From assembly GCF_001447785.1 (NCBI RefSeq), contig NW_015161405.1, positions 1,512,357-1,572,063 of the forward strand: a DNA stretch of 59,707 nt, read 5' to 3'. Made by a program: the position numbers and the translations under genes. This DNA comes from Gekko japonicus (lineage: Eukaryota). The number at the start of each line of letters is the position of its first letter. Positions within the stretch are counted from its first letter, which is position 1. Under the pieces are notes generated by a model, which was not told the DNA's origin, did not search any database, and was given only the letters and a program-made list of their open reading frames with translations. Positions 37,626 to 50,180 of this stretch are shown in pieces.

Positions 37626-38501
37626 GGCCCCAGTCACACAGAACATTAGCCATGCTACAGGGATGGAAGATAGGCGGATTTTTCGGGCGCGATCTCACCG
37701 CCACATCTGGGAAGCGTAGAGCTCCCGTGGCTCACCCGAGGCTTCCCGTGGAAAACGCGCGGTAAAAAACTAGTACCTCGGAGGTAGTAGTTTCCGGGAA
37801 CCACGGGGCAAGGGCGGGCATCTGATCGTGGTTCTGGTGGTAGTTCCAGCGCCTGCTCATGTCCCCTAGCAAAAAGGTTCTTTTTCCCAAGTCTCCACGG
37901 ATGCGCACAAGCACCCAACGGAGCATGCACACACTTTAGTTTTTAAAAATCCAAACACAACGGAGCAGCTCACTAATACTTGAGTCATGCAGAGAAGAGG
38001 AGAGCAGCCAGAAGAAATGCAACACAAAGCACATGGCTTGAGGCGAGAGAGAAACAGATAGGGGGAAAGGGGGCAAGGCAGAAGAGAAAGCGGCTGAGGC
38101 GAAACCCAGAAAGGGGGGGCTGCGGCGGCAGAGTAGGAAGTCTGCTTGGGGAAGGGGGGGCCAAGCCGGGAAGAGGTGACTAGACACACGGGCGCGAGGG
38201 TGTGTGTGCGCGCAGAGGCTGTGGGATCGGAGCCCCAGCGCCCAGGGATCCGAAGAGCCAGGAGGGCGGCACTCACCGTGGCTTCGAAGACAGGCGCTGG
38301 AGGAGAACCCTCGGCGCGCGGCCCCCACTTCTTTGCCCCACTCTGTCCCGTGTGATCGGCACCTCCCCCTAACCATGGGACCTCCACAGGAGCTCCATGA
38401 GAGCTCCACGGGAGGTCTGCTCTTGCAACCGCGCATTATTTTGCCCCGGGGCAAACAGCCACGCTTCCCTCCCGCATTTTCCAGCCCGTGTGACCAGGGC
38501 C
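37626..38501. mobile_element. GC-rich non-autonomous DNA transposon (MITE)
   Basis: TIRs GGCCCCAGTCACACAG / CCGTGTGACCAGGGCC. Homologous to 11479-12031. High CpG retention. Confidence 0.75.
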
Positions 38502-38519
38502 TCTGACAGCCTCCTGTTT

Positions 38520-38680
38520 CTTACAGCGGCCAATCAGATGCTTCCGGACAACATGCATAAAAATAACAGCAGCAACAGTGTCACACCCCAGCAACTGATG
38601 TTCAGAGTTGCATTTCCTCTCTGTGTAATTGGGTGCTCTCTTCTAAAACCAACTAAACTAATGGCACTGAATTCCTTGAT
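38520..38680 (-). pseudogene. Endogenous arenavirus-like nucleoprotein core fragment
   Basis: Minus frame EHPITQRGNATLNISCWGVTL...CMLSG (cf. KHP..ITEQQSSINISGYNFSL...ACMLDG). Confidence 0.65.
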
Positions 38681-38765
38681 TTATGGTGTTTCAGACTTCT
38701 TTTTTTGTCCTGCATTATCAATCAATTATCTTCATTGGGTGTCTGTGAATTCTAGTATTACCTCT

Positions 38766-39322
38766 GGGCCGAATTAGACATGATGGCATCCCCCAGTCTG
38801 ACATGAGGACACTTCTGCCATTTTAAAGCCTAACGCAGGTGTGACAGACTGCACTTTTAAAGGCTTAGAAGTGCTGAATGGCCCCTGCCACATGGGGGAA
38901 AAAAGCATGGGCAAAGTGCAGCTTTTTAAAGCCGCACCAAAAGAGACACACGACGACGGGATCACATAGATCCCCTGAGCCACCGCGCACTTCCTCCCCG
39001 GCACAATCAGATGCCGGGGGGAAGCCACTGTAAGGGGAGCGAGGCAGCCGAACTGCGCATGTGTGCGCATGCGCAGTTCGGCCGGAAGCCTGGATTGCTC
39101 CAGATGACGGGCGCGCCGGCGATCTCACGGTCACGCTTGATGCGGCATTCCCGGTAAGTCCTCCTCTGAGGGTGGTTCTTTTTTACTGCGGGTTTTTGGC
39201 CTAAAGGGCTGGATCGGGGACGGGTGTGCACCGCTTCCCAGATGTTGTGGTGAGATCACACCCATTTGCTGCACCCCTGATCCGTCCCTCTCCCGGACCA
39301 AAACCTTCCATGTGACCAGGGC
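38766..39322. mobile_element. Probable MITE
   Basis: CpG-rich, with an internal palindrome (GCCGAACTGCGCATGTG...CATGCGCAGTTCGGC) and imperfect TIR-like ends. Confidence 0.55.
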
Positions 39323-39341
39323 AAATAAACAGATATAGGAC

Positions 39342-40170
39342 TGTGAAGAGTTAATTCTTCAGAGAGCCTTGAGTGACAGGCAGTTCAAAGAGGTCTGATT
39401 GGTTAGCATCAGCTGAGCAGAGAAAGATTTCTGAACTGGATGCAGAAGCGAAATGAAGTCTGATTTCAGCCCTTGCTGAGAAGAGTGGAGTACTGACAGT
39501 TTTGGAATTCAGACCTGACTGAGAGTAGTTTAACACAGACAGGAGAACTGGGAAATGTTGGCAAAGATGAGTGGGTAGTTAGATGGAGACTGCCATTCAG
39601 CCAAAGAAAGAAGATAGATCTTCTAGTGAGAGGAAAATTCCATACCCAGTCAAACAAGGAGTTAGCTCTGAAGAATGCAGAGATCCCTGGTCTGGTCTGG
39701 TTAGAAACTGCCTTTAGAGACCCTAAGAGTCAGATAAAAACTCAAGATGAGTACTGGTGTTTCAAGAGAAGGGGTCTGGGTACTGGAAAGAATGTACCAG
39801 CCTTCTGGAAACCAAAAGAGTTAAAGATTACTCAAAGAAAGTATGGTGAGGTGTTTGGGGGAACAAAAGCCTCTCAATATCAAGATTTAAGCTACTGTGA
39901 AAAGCTTAAGAAACTCTCATTAGCCGGAAACATAAGAACTAAAGGCTGTGCATGTATTGATTTTACCTCAGAGTTATCTATATTGAGTTACCACAGAAAT
40001 TTTACCCCTGATTTCACCTGACCTTTCCCCTGCATGATGAATAAAATATTTGCTAATTAGCAATATAAAAACTACTTGAGTGCTATTTAAGTTGCATAAG
40101 TTAAAGAGGGTTCCCATTCCTTCCCTTAGGTTCCTGAGCTGAGCAAACAGCCAAATATCATACTGTGACA
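39342..40170 (+). mobile_element. Possible LTR
   Basis: TG...CA ends, purine-rich body and AATAAA ~40040. No TSD found. Confidence 0.4.
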
Positions 40171-40554
40171 GGGTGGGACAGCCAGAATTCTTCAGGAAAG
40201 AAGAAAATAGTCAACTAGGGTGGCTCAGTCACAAAAGGGAAAGAAACACAGAGGGGAAACCTTGCCTCTGAGGAAGGGAAGTGGACAGGGGCATCATAGC
40301 AGGCAATTTAGAAATGCTGCAGCAGTCTGATCAGGGAGGAAGCACTCTTGTTCCCCCCCGCTACTCCTTTGGCACTTGAAAAGGCATGCAGGGGGGGGGC
40401 AGTGCATTATCCTGCCGCATTGTGGGCCCAGTCAGGATTTTTAAATGATCCATGTTTTTACAGGATCCACACTGGACTTTAAAATAGTGTCAATATTCAT
40501 GGGTTGGACCTGGGGATGCTCTCATGTCTAGCTTAGCCCTGAAAAGGGGGGGGG

Positions 40555-40900
40555 GACAAGTTCTCTCCACTTTCTCTATACCATGCATAATTTTATAAAC
40601 TCTTTTACTGCCCATACTACTTACTTGTTTTTTCTTAACTAAAAAGACCCAAATTGTTTAGCTTTTCTTTTTTAGGAAAAATGCTCCAACCCCTTAAGCA
40701 CGTTGGTTGCTTTTTCCAGCTCTACAGTATCCTTTTTGAGATAGGGCAACCAGAACAATACACTATTTTCCAGATGTATCCACAACATAGATTTATACAA
40801 GGGAATGGGCATAGTAGCCATTTTATTTTCTGTTCCTTCAATAATAATCCTTCGCATGGAATTTGCCTTTTTTAGTGCTGTTGCACACTGAATTGATATG
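40555..40900 (-). mobile_element. CR1 LINE ORF2 3' fragment
   Basis: ORF 40672-40857(-) GTENK...IPLYKSML..HLE..V.FW.PYLKKD..ELEK. Confidence 0.85.
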
Positions 40901-40904
40901 TAAA

Positions 40905-41240
40905 AAAGGTAAAGGTAAAGGTTCCCTTGCTCGAAAGCCAGTCGAATCTGACTCTAGGGTTGCGGTGCTCATCTCCGTTTCAAAGCCGAAGAGCCAGTGC
41001 TGTCCAAAGACATTTCCGTGGTCATGTGGCTGGCATGACTAAACACCAAGGCGCACGGAACGCTGTTACCTTCCCACCGAAGTGGTACCTATTTCTCTAC
41101 TTGCAATTTCTTGCTTTCCAACTGCTAGGTTGGCAGGAGCTGGGACTAGAGATGGGAGCTCACTCCATCATGCGGCACCCGGGTCTCGAACTGCTGAACT
41201 ACTGGCCTTCCACAGCCTGAAGTTCAGCGTCTTAACCCCT
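40905..41240 (-). mobile_element. Sauria SINE
   Basis: (ACCTTT)n tail on minus; diagnostic GTGCTCATCTCCGTTTC..AGCCGAAGAGCC...GTGGTCATGTGGC.GGCATGACT. Confidence 0.9.
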
Positions 41241-41739
41241 TAACTTAACATAACATATTTATGACCTCCAAATATCTTTCCTGGTAAGTCACCACCAGTT
41301 CAGATCCCATCCACATATATGTGAAATTGTGACTTTTTTCCCCCAGCACAGTGTACCTAACTTTACCTTTTGTGATATTACACATCATTTGTCATCTTAT
41401 GGCCCAAAGCTGTTTGGGGAGATCTTCTGAAGTGCCATTATAAAACATTTCAGGAAATGGCACAGCTGAATATTTTAGACACACATTTGAATGAAGAGAA
41501 ACATCTGAGGAGAGTGGAGAGTGCACTGAAGGCTAAAAGGGTGCCCACCCATGAGCAAACCAACAAGTTCAATGACCCTCTGCAGAATCCCACTGGCAGT
41601 GAAGTCGTGGTGCCATTGCTTCATTATGTACCATCACAACTGTACTGCCCCTCAAGCCACTTTCATCACCCTTTCAGTGGCCACCTGGTGAACGCCAGAT
41701 GACTCTCCTACTGACTGTAAATAGATCCAGGTGGGCAGC

Positions 41740-42390
41740 TGTGTTGGTCTGTGGCGGGGAGGTCGTGGCGGAGCGACAAGACTTTATCTGTGAAATAGCT
41801 TGCAAATGCCTCACAGCCACTGTCCAATTCCCTAGCGTTTAGTCTGCCCTGTGGCAGAGCTGATATGGACCGAATCATTCTAAACAATTGGGCTGGGCAT
41901 GAGCTCGCGGATGCAATCGAAGCCGCATAGAACCGTGGCTTTGACTGCCATCTCATAGGATCTCATAAACATCCTATAAGATGCTCTTGTGGCTTTGTCA
42001 TGAGCATGGAGCCACCGTCTCTCTAGCCATCTCAGCTCTCGCTTCATAAGCCGCAGCTCCTGGGTAAACCAGGGAGCCAGCCTAGAGCGAGAGTACAGAG
42101 GGTGCCGGGAAGTGATCTCATTGATGGCTTCAGAGAGTCGGCTGTTCCAGTCCACTAAAAGCTCATCCAACAAGCTTCCAGAGGGCATTGGATCCCACAG
42201 GGCCATCTGGAGCCGCATTGGGTCCATCTGGCTCACTGCCTAAACAGAGTCAGGGTGGAACATTCAGGCAGGCCCTCAGGGCATGGTGGTCCAACCATGG
42301 GACTGCCAAAGCAGTAACCCAGTCCACTGTTACCCCCGCCGCAAAGATCAAATCGAGTGTGTGCCCAGCCTGGTGAGTGGGGGTCATTCT
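41740..42390 (-). mobile_element. L2-type LINE ORF2 fragment
   Basis: PTHQAGHTLDLIF (end of APE domain) and APWFTQELRLMKRELRWLERRW. Confidence 0.85.
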
Positions 42391-42749
42391 CACAGGACAC
42401 AATATTGGTCCACACTTCTTCCTTAAAAATATCCCCATACGTAGATCAGATCTGAGCAGGCTAGAACTCTTTGCCATCTAAAGTTTTGCAGGGTACAATC
42501 TGTTGTTGTAAGAAGGAACATTAAATCATGGGAGCCCCCACCTGCCCTGTTAAGTGGTACAGCCAAGGTACAGTTTTACCACCTCTGTGAGAATGAGGTC
42601 CAGGATAAGCTTGCATCCTGTGTTTTGGCTTCTCCACCCCCCACCTCCCCGTTGCTTTCAGCATAGATGAGATTATCCCACTGTAGGTTTCATTCTTTAA
42701 TCTATTTTTTTCCCCTAATGACTTAACTCAATTGAAAGATGTATGAAGT

Positions 42750-43350
42750 AAATGAAGATTATGGTTAACCAAAGGCAGTATTCATTACAGTACTACTGTA
42801 TAAATTAGCAATGGTAGAATCAGAAGGGGCTCTGGTCTTGATTAAGGTTTGGTCTTGGCCAAAAGCTTTCAGTGTGCATTTCTATTTGAATCCAAGCCAG
42901 CACCTGTTAGAAGATAATAGAGCAGAGTAAAACCACATTTTAAAACTCTTTAATCAGGAAACAAACTAGCAAAAAAAGAGCATTGATTTCCCACCCCAAC
43001 ACTCCTATATGAATATTTACTACTAGAAAAACAGAACTGGTTGGAGTCCACACACAATGATTTCGACTTAAAAATGGCAATAGCTGCCATTCTTTCTCAA
43101 TATGTTTTTCAAGGCAATGCAAACATTCCTATTTTAACAATTTTCCAATATCAGCTCAGAGTTGGATCAAAACCATTGAGCTGGGTCAAAATGCTCCCTT
43201 CTGTTGATGAAAGTACTCCATCCATAAATGAATGGAGCAGAAGGTACCTTACATGGCCAGACTCAACTCATTATATTTGCTGCGTGATTATATTTTCCAG
43301 GAGGATCTTTTCATAACATGTTTCCTGAGACAGTAGAATGGTTTTCTGTT
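42750..43350 (+). pseudogene. Possible arenavirus-like L C-terminal fragment
   Basis: LWLTKGS ~42760; LLYEYLLLEKQNWLE ~43003-43047 (cf. ILWDYFSLVLTNACE); FSRRIF ~43295. Weak. Confidence 0.35.
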
Positions 43351-44444
43351 TAGATCCCATCTCAGTCATGGCCTGCATAAGTAATTGTCCCAGCATCATT
43401 CCCCAAATAAAGGGGAACACTATACTATGTGTTCAACTAGCTTATTAATATTAAAATTGACTGGCTTCTAATTTCTTTTTGCCTTGTTTTACCTCACTTG
43501 TGATAGACGTGCCAAGCTCCGTCAACCTCACCCAGCATGCCTTAGACCAGGGATGTCAAACCTATGGCCCGCGGGACAAAAGCAGCCTGCACAGAGCTTT
43601 AATCTGACCCATGAGCAAGTGGGCTTGTTAAGCCTTGGCTCTGCCTCCCCCTCACACCCTCGGTGCTTTACCTTGCTGTGTCTGTGCTTTTTTTTTTTTT
43701 TGGCTGGGCTGCCTTGGCTCTGTTGGGTGCAACCGGCTCCACCTCCCTCTCGCCTCCTCCGTGCTTCACCTCACTGCGTCAGGTCTGTGTTTCTTTTCTT
43801 TTTTTTGCTGGGCTCCTGCCTTTGCTCTCCTGAGTGCAACTGGCTCCGCCTCCTCCATACTTCCCTTGCTATGGTGGGTCGGTGGGTCAGTGTGTTTCTA
43901 TTTACCTTTTTTTTTTGCTGGGCTCATTCATATTGACTTTATATTGGGGGAGAGGGGCTGTAGCTCAGCTGAAGAGCCTCTGCTTGGCATGCAGAGAGTC
44001 CCAGTCACTATCCCTGGCACCTCCAGTTAAAAGGATCAGGCTGTGGTTAATGGGAAAGACTTCAACCTGAGAGAGCCACTGTCATTCTAAGTAGACCTGA
44101 GTAGACTCAGAGTATTGACCATGAGAGCATCCTGGGGAAAGGGTTTTCTCCCCACTCCAGGCAGCATGGGGGCATTTGCCCAGTGCTGCACTGCTGGCTC
44201 TCCAGTCTGCTATGTGGGTTTTCCTCTGCAGCTGGGGCCTTGTGGTGATGGCACATCAATGATGCTTATCCAGAAACTGGTAAGATATCATTAATTGCAT
44301 TTGTCTGTGTTCTTTATAGTTTATATCACTGCTACCTGGCATTGCATGTTAAGACTCACATGGCCTGGCCCTACAATGTCCCATTTATGTCAGATCCGGC
44401 CCTCATAACAAATGAGTTCCACATTCCTGCCTTAGACTATAGAG

Positions 44445-44560
44445 TTGGTTGTTGCTGCTCAGCACCAAGGACATCTCCTCTCAACCCAGCCTGCCATAGA
44501 AATGAATGATGGTCTGTTCAGGAATAACCCTCCATCACATTTGATGACTCAGGGTGCTCC
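44445..44560 (+). pseudogene. Arenavirus-like nucleoprotein exonuclease fragment
   Basis: KDISSQPSL and LMTQGA (cf. KDLENAQPGL...ITTQGS). Confidence 0.45.
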
Positions 44561-44566
44561 AGTTTG

Positions 44567-44921
44567 GAGAGCCAGTTTGGTGTATTTATTTATGTATTTG
44601 ATTTTTACCTTGCCCTCCCTGCTGAGGCAGGCTCAGGGCGGCTTACATAGTGGTGTAGTGGTTAAGTGTGTGGACTCTAATCTGAGAGAACCAAGTTTGG
44701 TTCCCCACTCCTCCACTTGCAGCTGGTGGATGACCTTGGGCAAGCCATAGTTTTGGTAGAGATGTTCTCTCAAGTACAGCTCTGGAAAGAGCTGTCTCAG
44801 CCCCACCCACCTCACAGGGTGTCTGTTGTGGGGAAGGGAAGGGAAAGGAAAGGAGTTTGTAAGCCACTCTGAGACTCCAAGTGAAGTACAGGGTATAAAT
44901 CCAATCTCTTCTTCTTCTTCT
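44567..44921 (+). mobile_element. tRNA-derived SINE (Squam3-like) with a short insertion in its 5' end
   Basis: Same consensus as 33667-33940; (TTC)n tail. Confidence 0.85.
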
Positions 44922-44959
44922 CCCCAGTCTGTCCTACCTATCATAAGCAACCCATCCTA

Positions 44960-45200
44960 TCCCTGACAAGTTATGGCTTAACCAGTCAAAAGACCAGGCC
45001 TACTTATCCCAAACCATTGCTGGGCTAAATGGAACAGGTAAAAATGGACCTTCTAACAAGCTAATCATAAAAGTCCCCTCAAAATTCCTGCTTGGCCAGC
45101 AACCAGTTAATCCTGTGAAGCTATTAGAAAGAGTGGCTGGGTCAGCAGTGCACAGTAAATGCCTGCATGGGAAAGGCAGGAAGCCATTTATGTGACTTAT
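44960..45200 (+). pseudogene. Endogenous arenavirus-like L thumb-ring fragment
   Basis: LWLNQS ~44970 (cf. WLNLS); SKCLHGKG at 45154-45177 (cf. LCMV SKCVRDGKG). Confidence 0.6.
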
Positions 45201-45477
45201 TCATGGCCCATGACCTACGGAGGGGCAAATTAACTGTCCCAGCCAATAAGGTCTCATGCTTTATTTGCATATAGAAGGGTGATGACAACATCCATGCTGC
45301 CTAGGGTGATCAACCTCCCAGTGGACTTGGACTTCTCCCAAAATTAGAACTGATTTCCAGAATTTGGTGGAGGGATTCTATGGTACACCAGAGTCTAAGA
45401 GAAACTGAAATCCCTCCCCAGGCACTGCATCCAATATCCAGGAATTTCCCAAGCCAGAGTGGGCAGCCCCAACAGGG

Positions 45478-47990
45478 CCAGTCACTATTAATGAACCAAG
45501 TTATTCATATTTTGTTATCATCAGAAAAACAATAGGCAACCAAGTACATTCTAGATTTGTGCCATACATTAATTGCATTAATGTACTCTGAAAAAAAATT
45601 CTTGGATTTCATTGATGTATTTACATGATTCAAGGCCTATGAAATCCTAGAGTTCTAGAGTCAAATACTATGAAATTATGATTAATATACCAAAGGAACC
45701 AATGCAAAATAACTGCAGATTTCAGATAAATATGACTTTGATTTAATAAAGCAGTGACATATAAGGAGCAAATCAGGTTTAAACATTGGAGCTTAAAATT
45801 TCAAACCGAATATTGTGTTATATTCCATGGCACTCATCAGAATTTTCCTTCTGATGTGACAATGCATGAAATGAGACATACAACTGTGGTAAGCAGGTCT
45901 GGGTCTGATTAGTGCCTGGATAGGAGGCCACTAGGGAACTCTATGTACGTTGCTGAGTTCCATGAAAGAAATGCAGGAAATAAAAATATATTAATTGATC
46001 TAATTGTGTCCCTAGCTGATACTGAGAAGCATTTTGTCAGTAAAGCAGAATATAATGGAATGTATAATTCCAGGCAGACTGGTGAATGTGTACAGTGTGC
46101 CCCTAAAACATTATTCCCAAGGTTTTAATCTAATATTTCTGTTTTAAAAATTCTGGCCAGTGTTCAGGTATTACAGCAATTGGGGGCACCTATGATTTGG
46201 AATGCAATCCAATGCACATTTCCCACATCAGTGGGACTTAGTTCCAAGTTAGCATGCCTAAGATTGGACTGTTAAAAGATTCACCAGAGGGATTTGTCCT
46301 TAAACTTAAAGACTGTATTAATCTAACACATCCAAACCTGTTGCATGACAACATGTTTCCACATGCTAACATTTATGATCTTCTGCCAGCAATTTTATTC
46401 TGATGTGTTCAATAAAAGAAAAAGGTTTTATAATCCTCTACTGGAGACTGAAGGCCGTTCCCAGAAATGGTCATAATGCTGAAATCCTAAAGGTGGTGAA
46501 AGGGAGCTTAGGGCTGATTCACAGGACCAATTTGTATATAGTGAAGTTGCTTCCAACTGGATGGTTCAGTAGATTTTGATGAACTGAGCTGGACTTGGAA
46601 GTTCTCCAGTATGTGTCCAGATGGTCATTTCACCACTTCTTGAAAAGACTTTTGAAGTGATTAAATCAGTTCAAGATGAGTCATGAAGTGGACATGCATC
46701 AGACCATGTGCAAGACCAGTGAAATAGTAAGACAAATCAATCAAATAACTACTTTATGCAGAAAATGGCTGCATGAACCAATCCTTAACATAATACCTCC
46801 TCCTCTACACAAGCATGGTGTAGTGGTTAAGAGTGGTGGACTCTAATCTGGAGAACTGAGTTTGATTCCCCACTCCTCCCCATGAAAGCTGGGTGGGTGA
46901 CCCTGGGCCAGTCACAGCTCTCTCAGAACTCTTTCAGCCCCACCTACCTCACAAGAGGCCTGTTGTAGGGAGAGGAAGGAAAGGTGATTATAAGCTGCTT
47001 TGAGACTCCTTAAGGTAGAGAAAAGCAGGCTGTAAAAACCTACTCTTCTTCTTTTTTTCATTGGCCATGAGTAGAAATACAGATCATATTTTGTAGTACT
47101 GCAACCATACAATGCAATCACGGGAGGGATATTCTGTCTTCTCAGACACAGTGTTCTTTTATGGTTGCCATTGACTTGAATTGAGAAGAATACAATATAC
47201 CTGTTTTAATTTAAGGTGAAAGCATTCAGTGACTAATAAAGTACCCAAGGATCAACATTAAAATCCAAATATTCTTCCTAGACTACCACCAAGTTCCTGT
47301 CACCATTTGGGGCCATTAAAAAATTGAAATGCCTAATCTACTTTTCACTTTCCTGTAGGGCACTGACAAGGGCTATACCAGAAAAGTACAACCTACACAA
47401 AATTACTTTTACATCCATATATATTCAATCAAGTATAAATAGTGCCCAGTGAAGGATATATGAGCACCCGTTGATAGAATACAATTGAGGGACCTATTCA
47501 ATGTCAGCATGTGAAACCACTATGAACCCCATGTAAACTAGGGTTGCCGGGTCTTACCTTGCTGCCAGCAAGGGGGTGGGGTGTTCATCTCTGTGCCTGG
47601 GACTTTTTGGTAACCATAGAGTTTTTTCTAAAACACTAGACTCCCCCGTGCAATGTGCCCTGTGTGATGACATCACCTCCAGGTGACGTCATTGCGCTGG
47701 GCACATTGGTGCGGATGGAGCTCTTTGAGGGTGAGGCTCTCTTGTTGGCTGGATAGGCAACAGTGGATTGGGCCTCCAAAAAATGGGTGAGCCCCCACCC
47801 CCATTGGGGGAATAGCAACTCTAATGTATATCTATATGAGCTTTCTAAATGAGGAATCGGGTAGAACTATAACAAAGATATGTTAGTGTTATGTCTTTCC
47901 CTCTTGTTGCAAAAATAAATATAATGTTCAGTGGTGAGATGTCCAGGGGCAGTGCTACGGGGCTGGGCTTTCTTCAGAGGAGACTGTGTT
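45478..47990 (+). pseudogene. Endogenous arenavirus-like L gene, RdRp core, split by SINE/MITE insertions
   Basis: Colinear: EQIRF ~45766; GGEREL..D.RT 46492 (motif F, cf. GGNRELYIGDLRT); LD..KFSSMCP to 46619 (motif A, cf. MDHSKWGPMMCP); TTLCRKWLH; GGIF...FFYG ~47122-47165 (motif B); VKAFSD 47216 (motif C); FLDYH/KFLSP 47275-47305 (cf. LEFH...KFISP); LFNV ~47494. Confidence 0.8.
46810..47058 (+). mobile_element. tRNA-derived SINE (Squam3-like) inserted between L motifs A and B
   Basis: TGGTGTAGTGGTTAAGAGTGGTGGACTCTAATCTGGAGAAC... consensus. Confidence 0.85.
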
Positions 47991-48599
47991 AAACATTCAT
48001 GGTGTCTTTGTAATGTTTAATTTACTAATGTGCATGCAGAAAGCATGGAGCTCCTACAGCAGATAGCAAAGCCACAGATCCTGCATCGTATCTCCCACCC
48101 AGTTAGCCAAAGGAAAAAGAAAAAAATATTCATAACATAAAATACATTAAATCAAAATATTTACTGTATTTTATGTTATGAATATTTTTTCTTTTTCCTT
48201 TGGAGAGGCACCAAAAAGGCAAGAGGAGCCTCCTCTTTCCTGTGTACCTTTCTCCTGGGCCAAAGGGAAGCCACCACTCATCTTCCATACTTCTTTCCCT
48301 CCCTCCTCCTAGGCCTGACCAAGCCAAAGGTGTCTCTGTTGCCTCTGTTCCACCACCACTACCCAATAGCCCAGCTGGAACTGGAGCTGACTGGACCACC
48401 TTCCGTGGCTGCTACAGCTAGAAGCAGCAGGAAGGAGCAGCCACGGAACCACAAAACTGCTGAGCTTATCTATTTTTATGTTTACATTGTTCATTTTGAA
48501 TACCCAGTAAGTAAAACATTCATTTTAGACTTCTCACTTTTGTCTCTATTATAAAGGGGTGGCAAAGTCATTGTCGGCCTAGGGTGCCAAAAAAAAAGG

Positions 48600-50180
48600 C
48601 CTGTAACTGATTTGGCTGTCCCTCAAGTGTTAGGAAACAGCTTTGGCCAAGCCTCGAGAATGAACAACCATACACTCCTGGAACAAATGTACTTGTTGTG
48701 ACGACAGCAGAGTGCCAGGATGCAGCAGAGTCAGCATCTTGATGCCAAGGTCCAAGGCTTAGCAGAGGTGCCTGGAGTCTCAGCATCAGGCATTGAGAGT
48801 CATGCTTGTTTCAGCCAGTATTGGGGGGGGGGTGTCAAAGCTGATCCAGAGGCCCAGCTACAGAGTAACCAGACAGGGGCGGTTGAGGACATTCAGGAGA
48901 TAAAATAGCAGCTGATGAGCTTGAACTGTGGAGCTGTGCAGTCAGTGGTTAAAGAGCAACAGGCTTTGTTTGCCCAGGATTTAGTCAGCAGAAATGGGAG
49001 TGAAATACTGGTGACAGAATGCACATTATGGAAGCAGGTACCTTGGAACATGGAGAAAGAGCTTCTTATAAACTTCTTTACCCCATGTGTACTCATAGAA
49101 AGAATCATGTGCAGAAGAAGAAGAAGAAGAAGAAGAAGAAGAAGAAGAAGAAGAAGAAGAAGAAGAAGAAGAAGGAGGAGGAGGAGATTGGATTTATACC
49201 CCGCCCTTCACTTGGAGTCTCAGAGCGGCTTACAAACTCCTTTCCCTTCCCCTCCCCACAACAGGCACCCTGTGAGGTAGGTGGGGCTGAAAGAACTCTT
49301 GACAGAAACTGCTCTTTTTCAAGGACAGCTGTGCCAGAGCTTGTGACTGACCCAAGGTCACATCAGCAGGTGCAAGTGGAGGAGTGGGGAATCAAACCCG
49401 GTTCTCCCAGATTAGAGTCCACACACTTAACCACTACACCAAACTGGAAAAAAGCAAGTCATGTATGGGACAGGTGGAGCCTGGGTTTATGAGTGAGAAG
49501 AAATCCTTTATAGACTTCTTTACTCCATGTGTCCCCCAAAAAGACCTTAATAGGTGAGATCAGATTCCTATAGCTGATGCACCCCAAGGACATATCAACC
49601 CACTGGGAGTCATTCAGAAGTATGGGAATTATGAGTGTAAAGGGACTGGGGGATCAATCTCCCTATTTTGAAATCCCACCCTACCTAAGTGACTGGGGTG
49701 ATGGGTAGATCAAGAACTTATGCCCTGGCCTGTGTGGATCATCCTTGGTGGTTTTGCAGGATGCACCAAAAAGATGAAGATTAGTGAGATTTACTGTGCA
49801 GTCCTAAACGAAGTTATACCCTTCAAAGCCTACTGACTCCAATAGGCTTAGAAAGGTATAAGCCAGTTTAGGGTTGCATTGTTAGATCTGAAGTCTGGAG
49901 ACTAGAATCAAATTTGGCTAGCTCAGAGAAACAACTTGAGAACAGGAGAAAAGGAGGAGAGGGAGTCACTCTGAGCCCACTCGTGGGATAGGCAGGATAT
50001 AAGCTTAAATAAATAAATAAACAATCCTTTGCACCACTTGTACCACAGAGAGATTTTGATCAGAAATTCCACCTGTTCATGTTGGAACTGTGCCTGGATC
50101 CCCTGATGGATCCCCGGCAAAAAAGGAAAACACTGAGCTCAGCAAAAACAAAAACAAAATGATGCTGTGTTTTGATAACT
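48600..50180 (+). pseudogene. Endogenous arenavirus-like nucleoprotein, core and exonuclease, probably two overlapping copies
   Basis: DLAVPQVLGNSFG 48609 (cf. DVKDPSKLNNQFG); MQQSQHLDAKVQGLAEV 48720 (cf. MAKQSQTPLNDVVQALTDL); GERASYKLLYPMC 49052 and RNP/YRLLYSMC..RP(Y)IG 49499 (cf. GERNPYENILYKIC..WPYIG); PGL 49723; RDFDQK..LC; H*A...DAVF 50131 (cf. HCALMDCIIF). Confidence 0.85.
49112..49447 (-). mobile_element. tRNA-derived SINE (Squam3-like) with an expanded (GAA)n tail at 49112-49173
   Basis: Reverse complement of the SINE consensus, ending ...TTAACCACTACACCAAACTGG. Confidence 0.9.

Noticed and set aside
37940-38400. CpG-island-like promoter
   Set aside because: It lies inside a TIR-bounded MITE with a relative at 11479-12031.
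41410-41700. Possible further NP exonuclease fragment (EVPL*N..NG..EYFR)
   Set aside because: Only one weak motif, so not supportable without a search.
48200-48480. Pro-rich ORF resembling a host mRNA fragment
   Set aside because: Not recognised, and no splice or poly(A) evidence.
49112-49190. Poly-Arg/poly-Lys protein in ORFs 48915 and 49019
   Set aside because: This is the translation of the (GAA)n SINE tail.
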